Shown one piece after another: positions 9,848 through 20,323 of a stretch of 64,000 bases of DNA. The notes beneath the pieces are model-generated. The model searched no databases. It was not told where the DNA came from and was given only the letters and a program-made list of their open reading frames with translations. Location of the stretch: the IMG/VR virus record IMGVR_UViG_3300028393_000019, positions 186,001 to 250,000 of that record; one strand, given 5' to 3'. The translations under genes were made by a program, and so were the position numbers. The first letter of the stretch is position 1. Each line of letters begins with the position of its first letter.

Positions 9848-10820
9848 ATTTAGTAATATGAGTATCCGATTGACAACTACAATAATTTAATGGACAAATG
9901 ATTTGCTCTGGGGTAACATCTGCATCAAACCCTTCACTAAAAAGATTTAAAGTTTTGCCACCAAATGCGTTTAATTGGCAAGATCCTGCTAGTAAATCTC
10001 CGGACGCATTTATACTAATAGATTCGTAACCAACATTACATTTCCAGTCTTTAAATTTATTCCATCCATTAGTTATTAGTGTATGTGGACGAGCAGTTAC
10101 CGCAGTATCATCATTAAATAAAACAACACTTTCGTGAAATTTAATTTCATTTATTCTTTTAAATATCCAAGTACTGTCCGGTATGCGTTTAAGGCTGTTA
10201 TTAACATAATCAAACTGTTCTGGAGTATATACATCTATACCGTGTCCTGGAGCATCGATAATTTCTTTAGTTTGTATGTACCAAGGATGTTTACTAGTCA
10301 TCATTCGATCAACATAACTAATACATTTGTCCCATTGTTTGGCATCCATCAGCATTAACGCAGTTACTTTCAAACCTGCTTCAAATAATAAATCACCCAC
10401 AGCAATATGATGATCAATATCCACATACTCGCTATGACAACTAAGAACTGCATCATCAAAATACGCAGAATTATCATTCCACCATCTTAAAGTTCTCGAT
10501 GCGTTTGTAACAATAGTAATATAAACATCGTGACTTTCTTTAAGTTCTTTGCAAAATTGTTCTATGTGTGGCCACATAGTGGGCTCGCCACCGCCCGCTA
10601 TAGTAAGATGAAATTTCTGTTTATTGAGCTTCTTTGTATATGCATCAAATAATTTTTTAAAATTTTTAATTACTAAATCTACATTTTTTGGGTATCGATA
10701 ACGTTCATCATGCGATCCTGGAAAACAATAGCTACAATTAAAATTACAGATATCTGTAGGGAAGAATACAACCTTTACTAAGTTTGTTTCTTGTGTAGAA
10801 ATAACTTTAATAGGTATCAT
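9834..10820 (-). CDS. Radical SAM protein with C-terminal twitch-like domain
   Basis: CNFNCSYC, GGGEP, WKCNVGYES...C...CPLNYCSC. Confidence 0.9.
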   Translation of the reverse strand: MIPIKVISTQETNLVKVVFFPTDICNFNCSYCFPGSHDERYRYPKNVDLVIKNFKKLFDAYTKKLNKQKFHLTIAGGGEPTMWPHIEQFCKELKESHDVYITIVTNASRTLRWWNDNSAYFDDAVLSCHSEYVDIDHHIAVGDLLFEAGLKVTALMLMDAKQWDKCISYVDRMMTSKHPWYIQTKEIIDAPGHGIDVYTPEQFDYVNNSLKRIPDSTWIFKRINEIKFHESVVLFNDDTAVTARPHTLITNGWNKFKDWKCNVGYESISINASGDLLAGSCQLNAFGGKTLNLFSEGFDADVTPEQIICPLNYCSCQSDTHITKSKVL

Positions 10821-12229
10821 AGTAGGTGTTCCAACTCAGGAAATACTTTCTTAGCCGTTAACTTGCGAATAGCATCCAAGTTAACAACATATTCTTTGAA
10901 ATCTGGCAGCAAGTGTGTATGGTCTTCTGCTTGTATAAATTTTAAAATAGCTTCCCAGCGTTTCCATCCGTAAGGATTATCTTTCCAGAAGTTGTCGTCC
11001 TGTCGGTAGTTGTCCCAAAGCCATTGTTTAAAGTCTGCAAACTGTTGCACGATTTCATCTTTGTCTGACTGTGGCAATATCCTAGCACTTAGAAATGTTG
11101 GAATATACAACAAGTGTAGGTTGATAATGCCACCGCCGGTTTCATAGTCGTCTAGTTTAAACTTATTAATTTTCTTAAAGCCTTGTGATAATTTCCATTT
11201 AGCAAAATCGATGATGTGTTTTACATTAAACACCTGTACTGCACATGCAATAGCACAGTGTATGGTATCAGGGGCATTGTCCATTAACCATAAACTACGT
11301 TCAATGTCGGCCCAGTCGGTAGGATATCGAATGTAATTGTTGCGTTCCATAACTGCATCTATACTAAAAGCATAACGTACTTGCTTGAACTGAGCCCATA
11401 CTGCAATAATATCTTCGTTGACAAATATACCATTGCTGTTGTATCGTAAACTAATGTTCTTAGCATAGCCGCGCTTGATAATTTCATCTAAAAATCTACG
11501 ATGCTCTTTTATCATCAAAGGCTCGCCACCGGCAAAGTATAATTGTGTTATGTTAGGAATCTGTTCAAAAACATCGTCCCAAAACTCTGGCTTTTCGTAC
11601 CACGTGTTATTGAATTCCTCTTTGTCAAAACCTACCTGCTTCAACACAATAGTACTTTTTGTTTTGGCAACTAGTTTATCATAATCTTGTAACCATCGAC
11701 TGCTGTCATGTGGACTGCACATGACACATTTTAAATTGCAAGTGTGTCCAAGTCTCAAGTCTAGATATCGGATAATAGGAGGCACAGCTCCAGTAGCATC
11801 GGTGTCAGCTACAAGTTTATTAAAATCAAGGCCGTCATGATTCCACTCGTACATTTCCCATAAGCGTTTGCTTACAACACCGTTGGACTCTTCTTCAAAG
11901 CACTTTGTACAGCTGGCAGGTATCTTGCCTTCTAACATGGTTAACCTTACACTGCGCATGTATTGATTATTGAATGCCTCTAATGGTGTTTCACGTCCAA
12001 AGTTTGCAGGTTTGCCATCTTCTTTCTTAACTAGTCCCACTTCGTGATCACCTGTTGACGCTCCACTGGCATTAGTTACACAGCATAATCTAGCATCACC
12101 ATTCGGTCGGGTAGCTACATGTATCCAGGGCAATGCACAAAAACTATAGCTACCTGTTTTTTGTTTTATAAGTTGTTGACCTGCTCCGATACGTGTATGT
12201 TCAGGTTGTAGCCAATATATGTTATTCAT
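10817..12229 (-). CDS. Radical SAM protein with N-terminal twitch/SPASM-like domain
   Basis: FCALPW...LCC...CTKC, then CNLKCVMC and FAGGEP. Confidence 0.9.
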   Translation of the reverse strand: MNNIYWLQPEHTRIGAGQQLIKQKTGSYSFCALPWIHVATRPNGDARLCCVTNASGASTGDHEVGLVKKEDGKPANFGRETPLEAFNNQYMRSVRLTMLEGKIPASCTKCFEEESNGVVSKRLWEMYEWNHDGLDFNKLVADTDATGAVPPIIRYLDLRLGHTCNLKCVMCSPHDSSRWLQDYDKLVAKTKSTIVLKQVGFDKEEFNNTWYEKPEFWDDVFEQIPNITQLYFAGGEPLMIKEHRRFLDEIIKRGYAKNISLRYNSNGIFVNEDIIAVWAQFKQVRYAFSIDAVMERNNYIRYPTDWADIERSLWLMDNAPDTIHCAIACAVQVFNVKHIIDFAKWKLSQGFKKINKFKLDDYETGGGIINLHLLYIPTFLSARILPQSDKDEIVQQFADFKQWLWDNYRQDDNFWKDNPYGWKRWEAILKFIQAEDHTHLLPDFKEYVVNLDAIRKLTAKKVFPELEHLL

Positions 12230-13313
12230 TAAACTCTCTAAGTTCTAAAAATTGATCTCTGCACTGGCTGACTTCTACTTCTGGAAATTTACCACATACC
12301 CTAGCGCACATTAGGATAGATTTGTCTTCAAATCTTTTGTTCCACATAGTTTGCCATGTTTCACTATCGACAATTTCTTGCATAGTATGGATTCGTAGAT
12401 CCAGCCCATCTATCCCGCCAAACTCTGTAATTGCCGTCAACAGTGAAGCTGTACTGTCGTTCATAAAATTATACACTAACTTGTCCGGAGTGGCGTATTG
12501 ATACGGCACACTGGCTAGGAAACAACAAGGCCATAGGTGCCCTTGTGCATCTATGTATATACTGCGTTCATCTTCTACTTGACAACTGATAGTGGCAGTC
12601 TTGATAACTTCTCTATAGTTTTCTACGGTCTTGCGATCAATAAAGGCGATCTTTTGCTCTCCAGGCGGCAATAGAGTATGCGTTACCGTGCCATCCTTAC
12701 CAAATACTTTAAATTCTTTGCTACCAATAAATCTACTAGTTTGCTTTTCGTGAAAACTTTCAAATCCCAAATCGTTAGCCATTTGTCTGCAAGTTTCTAA
12801 TTGATGCTCGTTATGTTGGAATGTAATAAAGTTCCAACGTGCTCTTCCGCCTGCCTCGATAAATGCTTGAGCATTGCGTATGATCATATCAAAGTCTGTA
12901 CCCACACGATATAAACTGTGTGTATCTGCTAGTCCATCGATCCCAAACAATACCAAATGATTCTTTGGCAATACCTGAGCAAGCTCTTGCCACCACTTGA
13001 CTGTCCTAGCACTGGCATTGGTATGTATGTGAATGTCAATTTTGGGATTCTCTGCCACAGTGTATCTGAGCATGGGGATCAAATCATTGTTCATAATTGG
13101 ATCACCAAAATTGCCACACATAGAGATACTACCTAATTGTGCTAGTAGACTAGGAATCATAGTATTCTTATAAAACTCTAAATCCATATTTCGTTCTATC
13201 AAATTTGGATTAGTCAATCCGCCGTGGTTATTCCTAGCACACATTGGGCATGATGCTTGGCATAGAGTTGATATCTCTAGGTGTATTTGACGAATCTCAT
13301 TATATTTGTACAT
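12222..13313 (-). CDS. Radical SAM/SPASM-type protein
   Basis: CQASCPMC, CGNFGDP, C-terminal WPCC...CARVCG. Confidence 0.9.
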   Translation of the reverse strand: MYKYNEIRQIHLEISTLCQASCPMCARNNHGGLTNPNLIERNMDLEFYKNTMIPSLLAQLGSISMCGNFGDPIMNNDLIPMLRYTVAENPKIDIHIHTNASARTVKWWQELAQVLPKNHLVLFGIDGLADTHSLYRVGTDFDMIIRNAQAFIEAGGRARWNFITFQHNEHQLETCRQMANDLGFESFHEKQTSRFIGSKEFKVFGKDGTVTHTLLPPGEQKIAFIDRKTVENYREVIKTATISCQVEDERSIYIDAQGHLWPCCFLASVPYQYATPDKLVYNFMNDSTASLLTAITEFGGIDGLDLRIHTMQEIVDSETWQTMWNKRFEDKSILMCARVCGKFPEVEVSQCRDQFLELREFNE

Positions 13314-13327
13314 GTGTGCAGGGTGGT

Positions 13328-13333
13328 TAAATA
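13328..13333 (+). promoter_or_regulatory. Late-type promoter motif TAAATA
   Basis: 4 nt before ATG 13338; a minus-strand copy lies at 13341-13346. Confidence 0.55.
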
Positions 13334-13337
13334 TACC

Positions 13338-14483
13338 ATGTATTTACAAAAACAAGATATTGCCTACTGCATTATAGACAACACTAATACTTACTCGTCA
13401 AATTGGGTTAAGTCATTAATGATCAACCAGGCCGACTATACTGTCACTAACATAGTGTCAAAAGGCTACAAGGTATTTTGGGAAACAAATGAAGACCGCG
13501 TGTTAAAACAAGTGGCAGATTTGGGATATAAACTTGCCATAGTGTTTAGCACAGGAACTGAATTTATCAATGGTGATGATTTCTTTGATCAAATACAAGT
13601 AAAAGCACTGGCTGACTTTTTCATTGCAGGCCATGTACTAGACAGAGCCGATGCCTATTACGAACTGCATCACCAGTGCTACGCAATCAATTTAAAAATG
13701 TATGCAACATTGGGATATCCTACTATTGGTAAATTTGAGCCCGGTAGACAACATACTGAATTCGAACCGTTGCGTAGTCAAGAAACATTCCATGATGCAC
13801 ACACTCCATTCTGGGTCAAACCTGGTACTAAAGAAAAATTGTATCAGCATTGCTGTCATGGCTGGAACATATTACGAACAGCATTTGAAAACAACTTGCC
13901 TGTAATAGTATTTGATACGCCTATTAGAAATTCTAAGAAACATTTTTATCCAGAAAATTTACAAGAGTTTTACAAACATTTGCCCTGGGCATATAAGCGA
14001 CAAGACTTTTGTCAAAATGAATTTATACACACTGAAAGCACAGATACTGCTTTGCCCAAGTTGACAAATATTTTGCAAGTGTTTACTCCCGCAAGTGGCA
14101 CAGCATGGACAGAAATAATTCATAAGACAGAACCTGTTAGTGTAGTATTTTATGACTACAGCGACAAAGCATTAGAATACTGGAAATCGCATGCTCCGCA
14201 GTTAGATAACGTTACATATTCATTTGCTAAAATAAATCTGTTACACGATGAGCTAGTGCTGTCTAGATATCTCGATACTAGCATCAAAGAAACATTTATT
14301 AATTTGACAAATGTATTTGCATACGAAGGCACTGCTTTTTTTAATAGTTTAGGTTATAGGACCATTCGAGAAAAACAATTAATAGATAATATTAAACAAG
14401 TTTTACCTGATGCTGTTATCTATCAGTCAGTTACAGCTAGTACAGGATTTGACAACACTCCACCGTGGCATACATATGATTGA
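13338..14483 (+). CDS. Hypothetical protein, possibly two domains
   Basis: Long ORF in operon; start moved to ATG 13338; no motif securely recognised. Confidence 0.6.
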   Translation: MYLQKQDIAYCIIDNTNTYSSNWVKSLMINQADYTVTNIVSKGYKVFWETNEDRVLKQVADLGYKLAIVFSTGTEFINGDDFFDQIQVKALADFFIAGHVLDRADAYYELHHQCYAINLKMYATLGYPTIGKFEPGRQHTEFEPLRSQETFHDAHTPFWVKPGTKEKLYQHCCHGWNILRTAFENNLPVIVFDTPIRNSKKHFYPENLQEFYKHLPWAYKRQDFCQNEFIHTESTDTALPKLTNILQVFTPASGTAWTEIIHKTEPVSVVFYDYSDKALEYWKSHAPQLDNVTYSFAKINLLHDELVLSRYLDTSIKETFINLTNVFAYEGTAFFNSLGYRTIREKQLIDNIKQVLPDAVIYQSVTASTGFDNTPPWHTYD

Positions 14484-15216
14484 TCAAGAAACATTAGACT
14501 TTTATAACCGCAACAAAAATCTCATTTGGGAGTTGCCGCCTATTCCATATAATCTTACAACTGATTACGAAATAGCCTATTGGGCTATGCACAATCCTAA
14601 AATAGGATGGATTGAACTAGATTTAAATTTAGACTTACCGGCCTGGAAAGCAGACTGTCGAGTAGCCAATGACTATTTTGTAGATCATCGAGGTCTAGAT
14701 CACCCCGGATGGAATAGCTGTTGCATACACGGGATAGATGTAGATAAAACAGGTAGCTACGATACATACGGTTATACTGATGAATCGCAAGTAAATTATC
14801 ACTGGACAGAACTAGCAGACAAAGTGCCAACTATTGCAAATTTCTGGCGCAACTTTCCAGTAGAGCAATATCGTAGAATACGCTTTATGGAGTTAGAGCC
14901 TAGAGGATATATTGCGCCACACAGTGACAACCCAGGCAACGTTGATGCACTAGAGCACGGCGCACCCTTAAACATAGCAGTTATTCACCCTAGTAATTGT
15001 CACATGGTTTTGGAAGGATTTGGAACTGTTCCTTGGGCAGAAGGGAAAGCGTTTATTGTTAATATTAGAAATCGTCATAGCGTGATAAATTTTAGCAATC
15101 AGCAACGTATACACGTTATAGGGCATGGAAAATACGGTAGTAGGCTAGCTGATTTTTGCAGTCTAGTAGCAAATAATTACAAGAAAAACTTTGATAAATA
15201 CCATGATAGGAGTTGA
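14476..15216 (+). CDS. Asp/Asn beta-hydroxylase-family oxygenase
   Basis: RIRFMELEPRGYIAPHSD ... RHSVIN...RIHVI; start moved to 14476. Confidence 0.75.
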   Translation: MIDQETLDFYNRNKNLIWELPPIPYNLTTDYEIAYWAMHNPKIGWIELDLNLDLPAWKADCRVANDYFVDHRGLDHPGWNSCCIHGIDVDKTGSYDTYGYTDESQVNYHWTELADKVPTIANFWRNFPVEQYRRIRFMELEPRGYIAPHSDNPGNVDALEHGAPLNIAVIHPSNCHMVLEGFGTVPWAEGKAFIVNIRNRHSVINFSNQQRIHVIGHGKYGSRLADFCSLVANNYKKNFDKYHDRS

Positions 15217-15911
15217 ACATGACAACATTTACTGAAACAGATATTAAAAAAGCTATTATAAAAAGCCAGCATTGCCAGCGTAATTGGGATTTAACTAAAG
15301 AAATTCCCGAAGAACATTTAGAGTTACTAAAGACCTCAGTTACACAAGCCCCAAGTTTGCAGAATGTAGCATTTTATAGAGTACACTGGATTCAGGATCG
15401 TGAAACTATTGAGAAAGTTCACGCTTGTACACACGGTGCTCCTTACAAAAATACCGAGAAGGGCAAAATGGTTGATCCACATCCTAGAGAAGATGATCAT
15501 CTTTACGAAATGGGAGATACTACCCAACCACAGACACTTGCTAATTTAGTAGTAGTGTTTGAAAAATATTTCAACCCAGAAGAATATTTTAAAGAAAAAA
15601 GAATCTTTAATACATCGTATGGCAGAACAGTAGAACATGGCGGAGAAGACTTTGATACAGTAACAGCACTAGGAATCGCATCTGGATACCTTAATTTAGT
15701 TTCTAGTTTATTGGGATATAAAACAGGATGCTGTATTAGCTTTAAACATTCTGAATTAAAAGAAGCATTAAACTTAGAAGGTGAACCATTACTTATTATG
15801 GGTGTAGGATTTAAAGATCCCGAAGTAAATCGTCGCTTACATCAAACTGACCACGATATAGTGTTCCCAACAAACCCAAGGCAAGAGGTTCCGGTTGTTG
15901 AGTACAAATAA
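15213..15911 (+). CDS. Nitroreductase-family flavoprotein
   Basis: SQHCQRNWD...APSLQN, LGIASGYLNLVSSLLGYKTGCC, LLIMGVG. Confidence 0.75.
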   Translation: MNMTTFTETDIKKAIIKSQHCQRNWDLTKEIPEEHLELLKTSVTQAPSLQNVAFYRVHWIQDRETIEKVHACTHGAPYKNTEKGKMVDPHPREDDHLYEMGDTTQPQTLANLVVVFEKYFNPEEYFKEKRIFNTSYGRTVEHGGEDFDTVTALGIASGYLNLVSSLLGYKTGCCISFKHSELKEALNLEGEPLLIMGVGFKDPEVNRRLHQTDHDIVFPTNPRQEVPVVEYK

Positions 15912-16479
15912 GTCTTATCACTCTCTAAATTTAAAAAACTGGGATAAGATAAAACAAAGATACTCGTCATACATTGCAGACGACATAACCGGTCAAGAGC
16001 TCATTATTTTTCAACAAGGTAATGAGGAACTTGACTGGTTAGAAGACAACATACTAGAAGATATCTGTAACTACACAGGTAAAGAACATAAAATAAAATT
16101 TGCCGCGCTTGGCGGCCTATGTGCTAACAATACTCTCAAAGAGCATATAGATGGTTTTTACCCTCCTCGACTAGGTTCGTCAAAATGGTCATTAAACATA
16201 CCAATTAAAAATTACGACAATTTTGAAATGCTCTGGTATGATGGTGACTATGAACATCAAGAAAGAACAGACCCCCCTGATTTAACTTCACCGTTAAAAG
16301 CAGATGAAATGCAGGTTATTAGGCCAAAATGGATTGGTGCCAAAAATCTTAAAGATTCCAGACTCATTAAAGGACCAACGATTGTCCAAATAAATATCCC
16401 ACACGTAGTACACAACTATAGCGATAGCACAAGGGTAGTACTTGCTGTAAGGTTTACACCCGACGTAGAAATAAAATGA
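15895..16479 (+). CDS. Fe(II)/2OG-type cupin oxygenase
   Basis: EHIDG...LNIP ... IPHVVHN...RVVLAVRF. Confidence 0.6.
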   Translation: MLSTNKSYHSLNLKNWDKIKQRYSSYIADDITGQELIIFQQGNEELDWLEDNILEDICNYTGKEHKIKFAALGGLCANNTLKEHIDGFYPPRLGSSKWSLNIPIKNYDNFEMLWYDGDYEHQERTDPPDLTSPLKADEMQVIRPKWIGAKNLKDSRLIKGPTIVQINIPHVVHNYSDSTRVVLAVRFTPDVEIK

Positions 16480-17240
16480 AAACACTTTGGATATTTGGAG
16501 ATTCTTTTAGCACTAGTAGAGACCCTGACGAACATGTTGCTTGGTCTAATCTTCTTTCCAACAAATTAAACGCACAAGTTAAAATCATAGCCGAAGGTGG
16601 TAGCTCTATTGGATGGTTAATGTATCAATCATTTTTAATGAAAGATCAATTTAAAAAAGATGATTATGTTATCTTTCAAACGTCGACGCTAGTTAGAGCG
16701 TTCCTTAATAAAAATAAACCAGGAATGACAGAGTTTTGGAAAGATTGTCCTTATTGGAACTCCTTGAGCAAAAGAGAAAAAGACGGGTATGCCTTTCATG
16801 TGACAAATATTCACGATGAAGAAATATTGCAACAACAAATACAGCTCTGGATATGGGGGATGGCACACTACACCTCTCATTTAATTACTAAGCCTGTATT
16901 ATCTAGAGGATGGGATATTGGCCCGTTAGAAGTGCCGGAAGACTGGACATTAAGCCAAGGATTCTTATTAGATGCTAGCCTTGACGAATTTGATAAATCA
17001 AGAGATGAAAGCATAGACTGGATGTTGCGTGTAGGAGGTGATCCAAGGAACAATCACCTTAGCGAGGTCAATCATTACATACTTGCAGAAATGTATTATG
17101 ATGCGCTGGTAAACAACTCTGTTCCAGATTTTAAAAAATTAAAAACAAAACTGTACAAGACATATTCTGAATTAGGAAATGAAAATCAAATACGTAATGA
17201 TATAGAAGATGAAAGTTTTGGTAAACGTTGGATAGCATGA
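16476..17240 (+). CDS. SGNH/GDSL-like hydrolase
   Basis: IFGDSFS and RNNHL. Confidence 0.6.
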   Translation: MKTLWIFGDSFSTSRDPDEHVAWSNLLSNKLNAQVKIIAEGGSSIGWLMYQSFLMKDQFKKDDYVIFQTSTLVRAFLNKNKPGMTEFWKDCPYWNSLSKREKDGYAFHVTNIHDEEILQQQIQLWIWGMAHYTSHLITKPVLSRGWDIGPLEVPEDWTLSQGFLLDASLDEFDKSRDESIDWMLRVGGDPRNNHLSEVNHYILAEMYYDALVNNSVPDFKKLKTKLYKTYSELGNENQIRNDIEDESFGKRWIA

Positions 17241-17944
17241 TAAAATACATTGGAAATTTTAAAGACTGGATCAAACCCGAGTGGATTGAGGAAGTCATGT
17301 CCAAACCGGGGTTTGATATGCCTAAACACGGTCTTAGAAATGAAGCAAGATTTAATCCAATACTATTTGACTACCTAGGCGGAGATGTAACTCGAGTACA
17401 CACTAAAGAAGAATACTTGCAATTTGTCAAAGAACTGTCAGAGATGGATGAAATTGATCCTGTTGTAAAACATGCTAGAACACACGTTGCATATTTAGAT
17501 CCAGACTTTCCAGTCGATGATGAATATAACATGTATAGAAATTCAGGATACGACATATGGGGTGTGTATTTTAGATTGCTAGAAAAATTTGATGTTAGTT
17601 TTGATATACTAAAAGATCCACCACCATTCTTAGATTATAAAGACAAACACATAACATGGTGGTTTAGTAAAATGAATCCTGGACAACGTATGCCAGTCCA
17701 CGTTGATAGAGCTAAGCCGGAAATAGAGATACACAAGTACTGGATGCCGTGGACCGATTACCAGCCCGGGCATATTTTTACCATAGGTGATAAAGTTATA
17801 ACTGACTACAAACAAGGTGATGTATATGAATTTGACTATGCTGGCGAATGGCATGGAGCATGCAACATAGGTCATACACCGAGAGTTGTGTTACAAATAA
17901 CTGACTACAAACCATCGAGAAATATAAATGAAACTTCTAGCTAA
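17237..17944 (+). CDS. Fe(II)/2OG-type cupin oxygenase, array copy 1
   Basis: MPVHVD, PGHIF, WHGACNIG..PR. Confidence 0.7.
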   Translation: MIKYIGNFKDWIKPEWIEEVMSKPGFDMPKHGLRNEARFNPILFDYLGGDVTRVHTKEEYLQFVKELSEMDEIDPVVKHARTHVAYLDPDFPVDDEYNMYRNSGYDIWGVYFRLLEKFDVSFDILKDPPPFLDYKDKHITWWFSKMNPGQRMPVHVDRAKPEIEIHKYWMPWTDYQPGHIFTIGDKVITDYKQGDVYEFDYAGEWHGACNIGHTPRVVLQITDYKPSRNINETSS

Positions 17945-18467
17945 TTATAAAGATTGGATTAAGCCTAAGTGGGTTGAGGAAGCCCTTGCATTAGATGGCT
18001 ATAAAGTCCCACACGATTTTTTTAAAGATAATAAACTTACGCTTGAAGAACAAGCAGGATTGCGAGAAGCAATGGATCCTTCAGAACGTGAGATATATGA
18101 TGTGTACGGTACTGATGGAGTGTTTTTTCATTTGCTTGAAAGCAGTTTGTTTAGCTTCGAAGTTGATCAACCACCATGGATTGCGCCCAGTGAAACATTC
18201 TGTTGGGAAGTAATAAAAATGCACACTGGAGAATTTATTCCAGTACACAGAGATATACTAAAACATCAAGATCCTAACTCAAAAAGATTTTGGGTTCCAA
18301 TGCTAGATTGGAAGGAAGGACATATTTTTATGTACGAAGACCTTTATGTACATAACTATAAAGCAGGTGATGTGTTTTTGTATGACGACCCTCGAGCATT
18401 ACACAGCGCAATTAATATTGGAGCAGATATTAGGTTAATTATGCAAGTAACAACTTACAAGGAATGA
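17928..18467 (+). CDS. Fe(II)/2OG-type cupin oxygenase, array copy 2
   Basis: IPVHRD, EGHIF, LHSAINIG. Confidence 0.7.
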   Translation: MKLLANYKDWIKPKWVEEALALDGYKVPHDFFKDNKLTLEEQAGLREAMDPSEREIYDVYGTDGVFFHLLESSLFSFEVDQPPWIAPSETFCWEVIKMHTGEFIPVHRDILKHQDPNSKRFWVPMLDWKEGHIFMYEDLYVHNYKAGDVFLYDDPRALHSAINIGADIRLIMQVTTYKE

Positions 18468-18988
18468 TCATGGAGTATGTGGGAAATTTAAAAGACTTGA
18501 TAGATACAAGTTGGGTGGAACCTTTATTAAAAGAAGTGTTAGGTAAGACTGGAATCTTAAGACCTAAAGAGGGAGGTAAACCTGACGGAGCAGAAGGCAA
18601 TGCAGAATGGCAGAAAGCTATTGATGCTGGGTACAGTCCCGATGCTGTGTATTTCCAAATGTTTAATCAATCTAATCTAACTACAGAAATACCCGAGTTT
18701 CATACTTGCGGAAGAGCAAGGCACTGGTGGATTACAAAAATGATGCCAGGGGATTTTATGCCCATGCACATTGACCCGCATACTAAACAAGAAAAAAATG
18801 TAGATCGTTTTTGGATTCCATTACAAGATTGGGAACAAGGACATATTTTTATGTACGAGGACGATGTTGTGACTAACTATAAAGCAGGTGACGTTTACAA
18901 GTATTCGTCTGCACAAGCATTACATGGTGCGGCAAACATAGGACTAGTTCCTAGATTAGTTTTGCAAGTAACCCTTTACGAGGAATAA
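18464..18988 (+). CDS. Fe(II)/2OG-type cupin oxygenase, array copy 3
   Basis: MPMHID, QGHIF, LHGAANIG..PR. Confidence 0.7.
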   Translation: MIMEYVGNLKDLIDTSWVEPLLKEVLGKTGILRPKEGGKPDGAEGNAEWQKAIDAGYSPDAVYFQMFNQSNLTTEIPEFHTCGRARHWWITKMMPGDFMPMHIDPHTKQEKNVDRFWIPLQDWEQGHIFMYEDDVVTNYKAGDVYKYSSAQALHGAANIGLVPRLVLQVTLYEE

Positions 18989-18990
18989 AA

Positions 18991-19545
18991 ATGGAATTTA
19001 TAGGAAACTACAAAGAATGGTTGAAGCCAGAGTGGGTTGAATATGTTCTAAATAATGATGGCTATGAAATGCCTAAATGGGAGTTTGAACAGAACGGAAT
19101 ACTTGAAGCCATCGAGCGAGGTGATCGCGCAGAGTTTTGTGAGTTTCAAAAGAAGTATGAAGAAGTAGGATTCAAACACAATTCTCTACTTTACTATTTG
19201 TTTGAGGAAGATAATTTTCCGTTTGAAGTGCCCTTGCCCCCTTTTATAAATTTAAAAGAAGGGCAAGGATATTATTGGAATTTATTTAAATACAAACCAG
19301 GAAACTTACTACCAGTGCATAGTGACCGAGTAACTAAGTTTGAAAAAAATTGTAAACGTTACTGGATGAGTTGGCTTGACTGGCAGGACGGCCATATTTT
19401 AATTTACGAAAATCAAATGATTGCACCGTATAAGGCTGCTGATACTTACATCTTTACTAATCCATTCGGAACACACGGCGCCGCTAACATTGGCTTAACA
19501 CCAAGAATATCATTTCAGATTACTATCTACGATGAGCAACATTAA
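18991..19545 (+). CDS. Fe(II)/2OG-type cupin oxygenase, array copy 4
   Basis: LPVHSD, DGHIL, THGAANIG..PR. Confidence 0.7.
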   Translation: MEFIGNYKEWLKPEWVEYVLNNDGYEMPKWEFEQNGILEAIERGDRAEFCEFQKKYEEVGFKHNSLLYYLFEEDNFPFEVPLPPFINLKEGQGYYWNLFKYKPGNLLPVHSDRVTKFEKNCKRYWMSWLDWQDGHILIYENQMIAPYKAADTYIFTNPFGTHGAANIGLTPRISFQITIYDEQH

Positions 19546-20323
19546 AAGAATAGTAGCGTTTGGATGCAGTTACACTGCCGGAGAAGAGTTGTTATACCAT
19601 CAACTTGGAGACCTCGACGAATATAGAAAAAGTACATCACACAATCCCCGATTATTTTTTCAAAAACTATCAAAGGATCCTGTTGCACAAGAAACTTTGA
19701 AAACCATACGATCTGATCAATTGAAATTAGCATGGCCGGCAAAACTTGCCGCATTATTGAATATTGACTATGTCAACTTTGCAGAAGCTGGCAACAGTAT
19801 GGATAAAATACTATGGCAAGTAGAACAGAAGAAATTAGAAAAATTCTTCCAACTCGGAGATGTAATATTTGTAGGTGCCACTAATCCTGATAGGAATATA
19901 TTCTTTAAGGACACTGGTCCTATGTCGTTTCAATTACCATCATTACATTGGGCGTCTGAAGAATCGCTAATAGGTGTTGATAGTGTCGGCAACATCGATG
20001 TTGTTATAAGCAAAAATGCAGATAAAGAGTTACTCAACTGGTTTACTGATGATCGAATTGTTTGGGATTATCTTAAATCGTTAAGGTCGTTAGCATCTCT
20101 GGGTGCTGCCATTGTAAATGCTATGTCGTGCGATATAAATTTAAATGTGCAATCATATAATGTTGAACTATTTAAAAACATAAAAGATAGCATACAATAT
20201 CTTCAAAGTAATGATATGGATTCGTTCGCAGGAAAAGATGATTACTTGGCATGGGGTCACCCTAATGAGCAAGTGCATCAACGATTTGCGGAAAGCATAT
20301 ATGAAATACTGCGGAAATTATAA
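19532..20323 (+). CDS. SGNH/GDSL-like hydrolase
   Basis: AFGCSYT and WGHP. Confidence 0.55.
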   Translation: MSNIKRIVAFGCSYTAGEELLYHQLGDLDEYRKSTSHNPRLFFQKLSKDPVAQETLKTIRSDQLKLAWPAKLAALLNIDYVNFAEAGNSMDKILWQVEQKKLEKFFQLGDVIFVGATNPDRNIFFKDTGPMSFQLPSLHWASEESLIGVDSVGNIDVVISKNADKELLNWFTDDRIVWDYLKSLRSLASLGAAIVNAMSCDINLNVQSYNVELFKNIKDSIQYLQSNDMDSFAGKDDYLAWGHPNEQVHQRFAESIYEILRKL

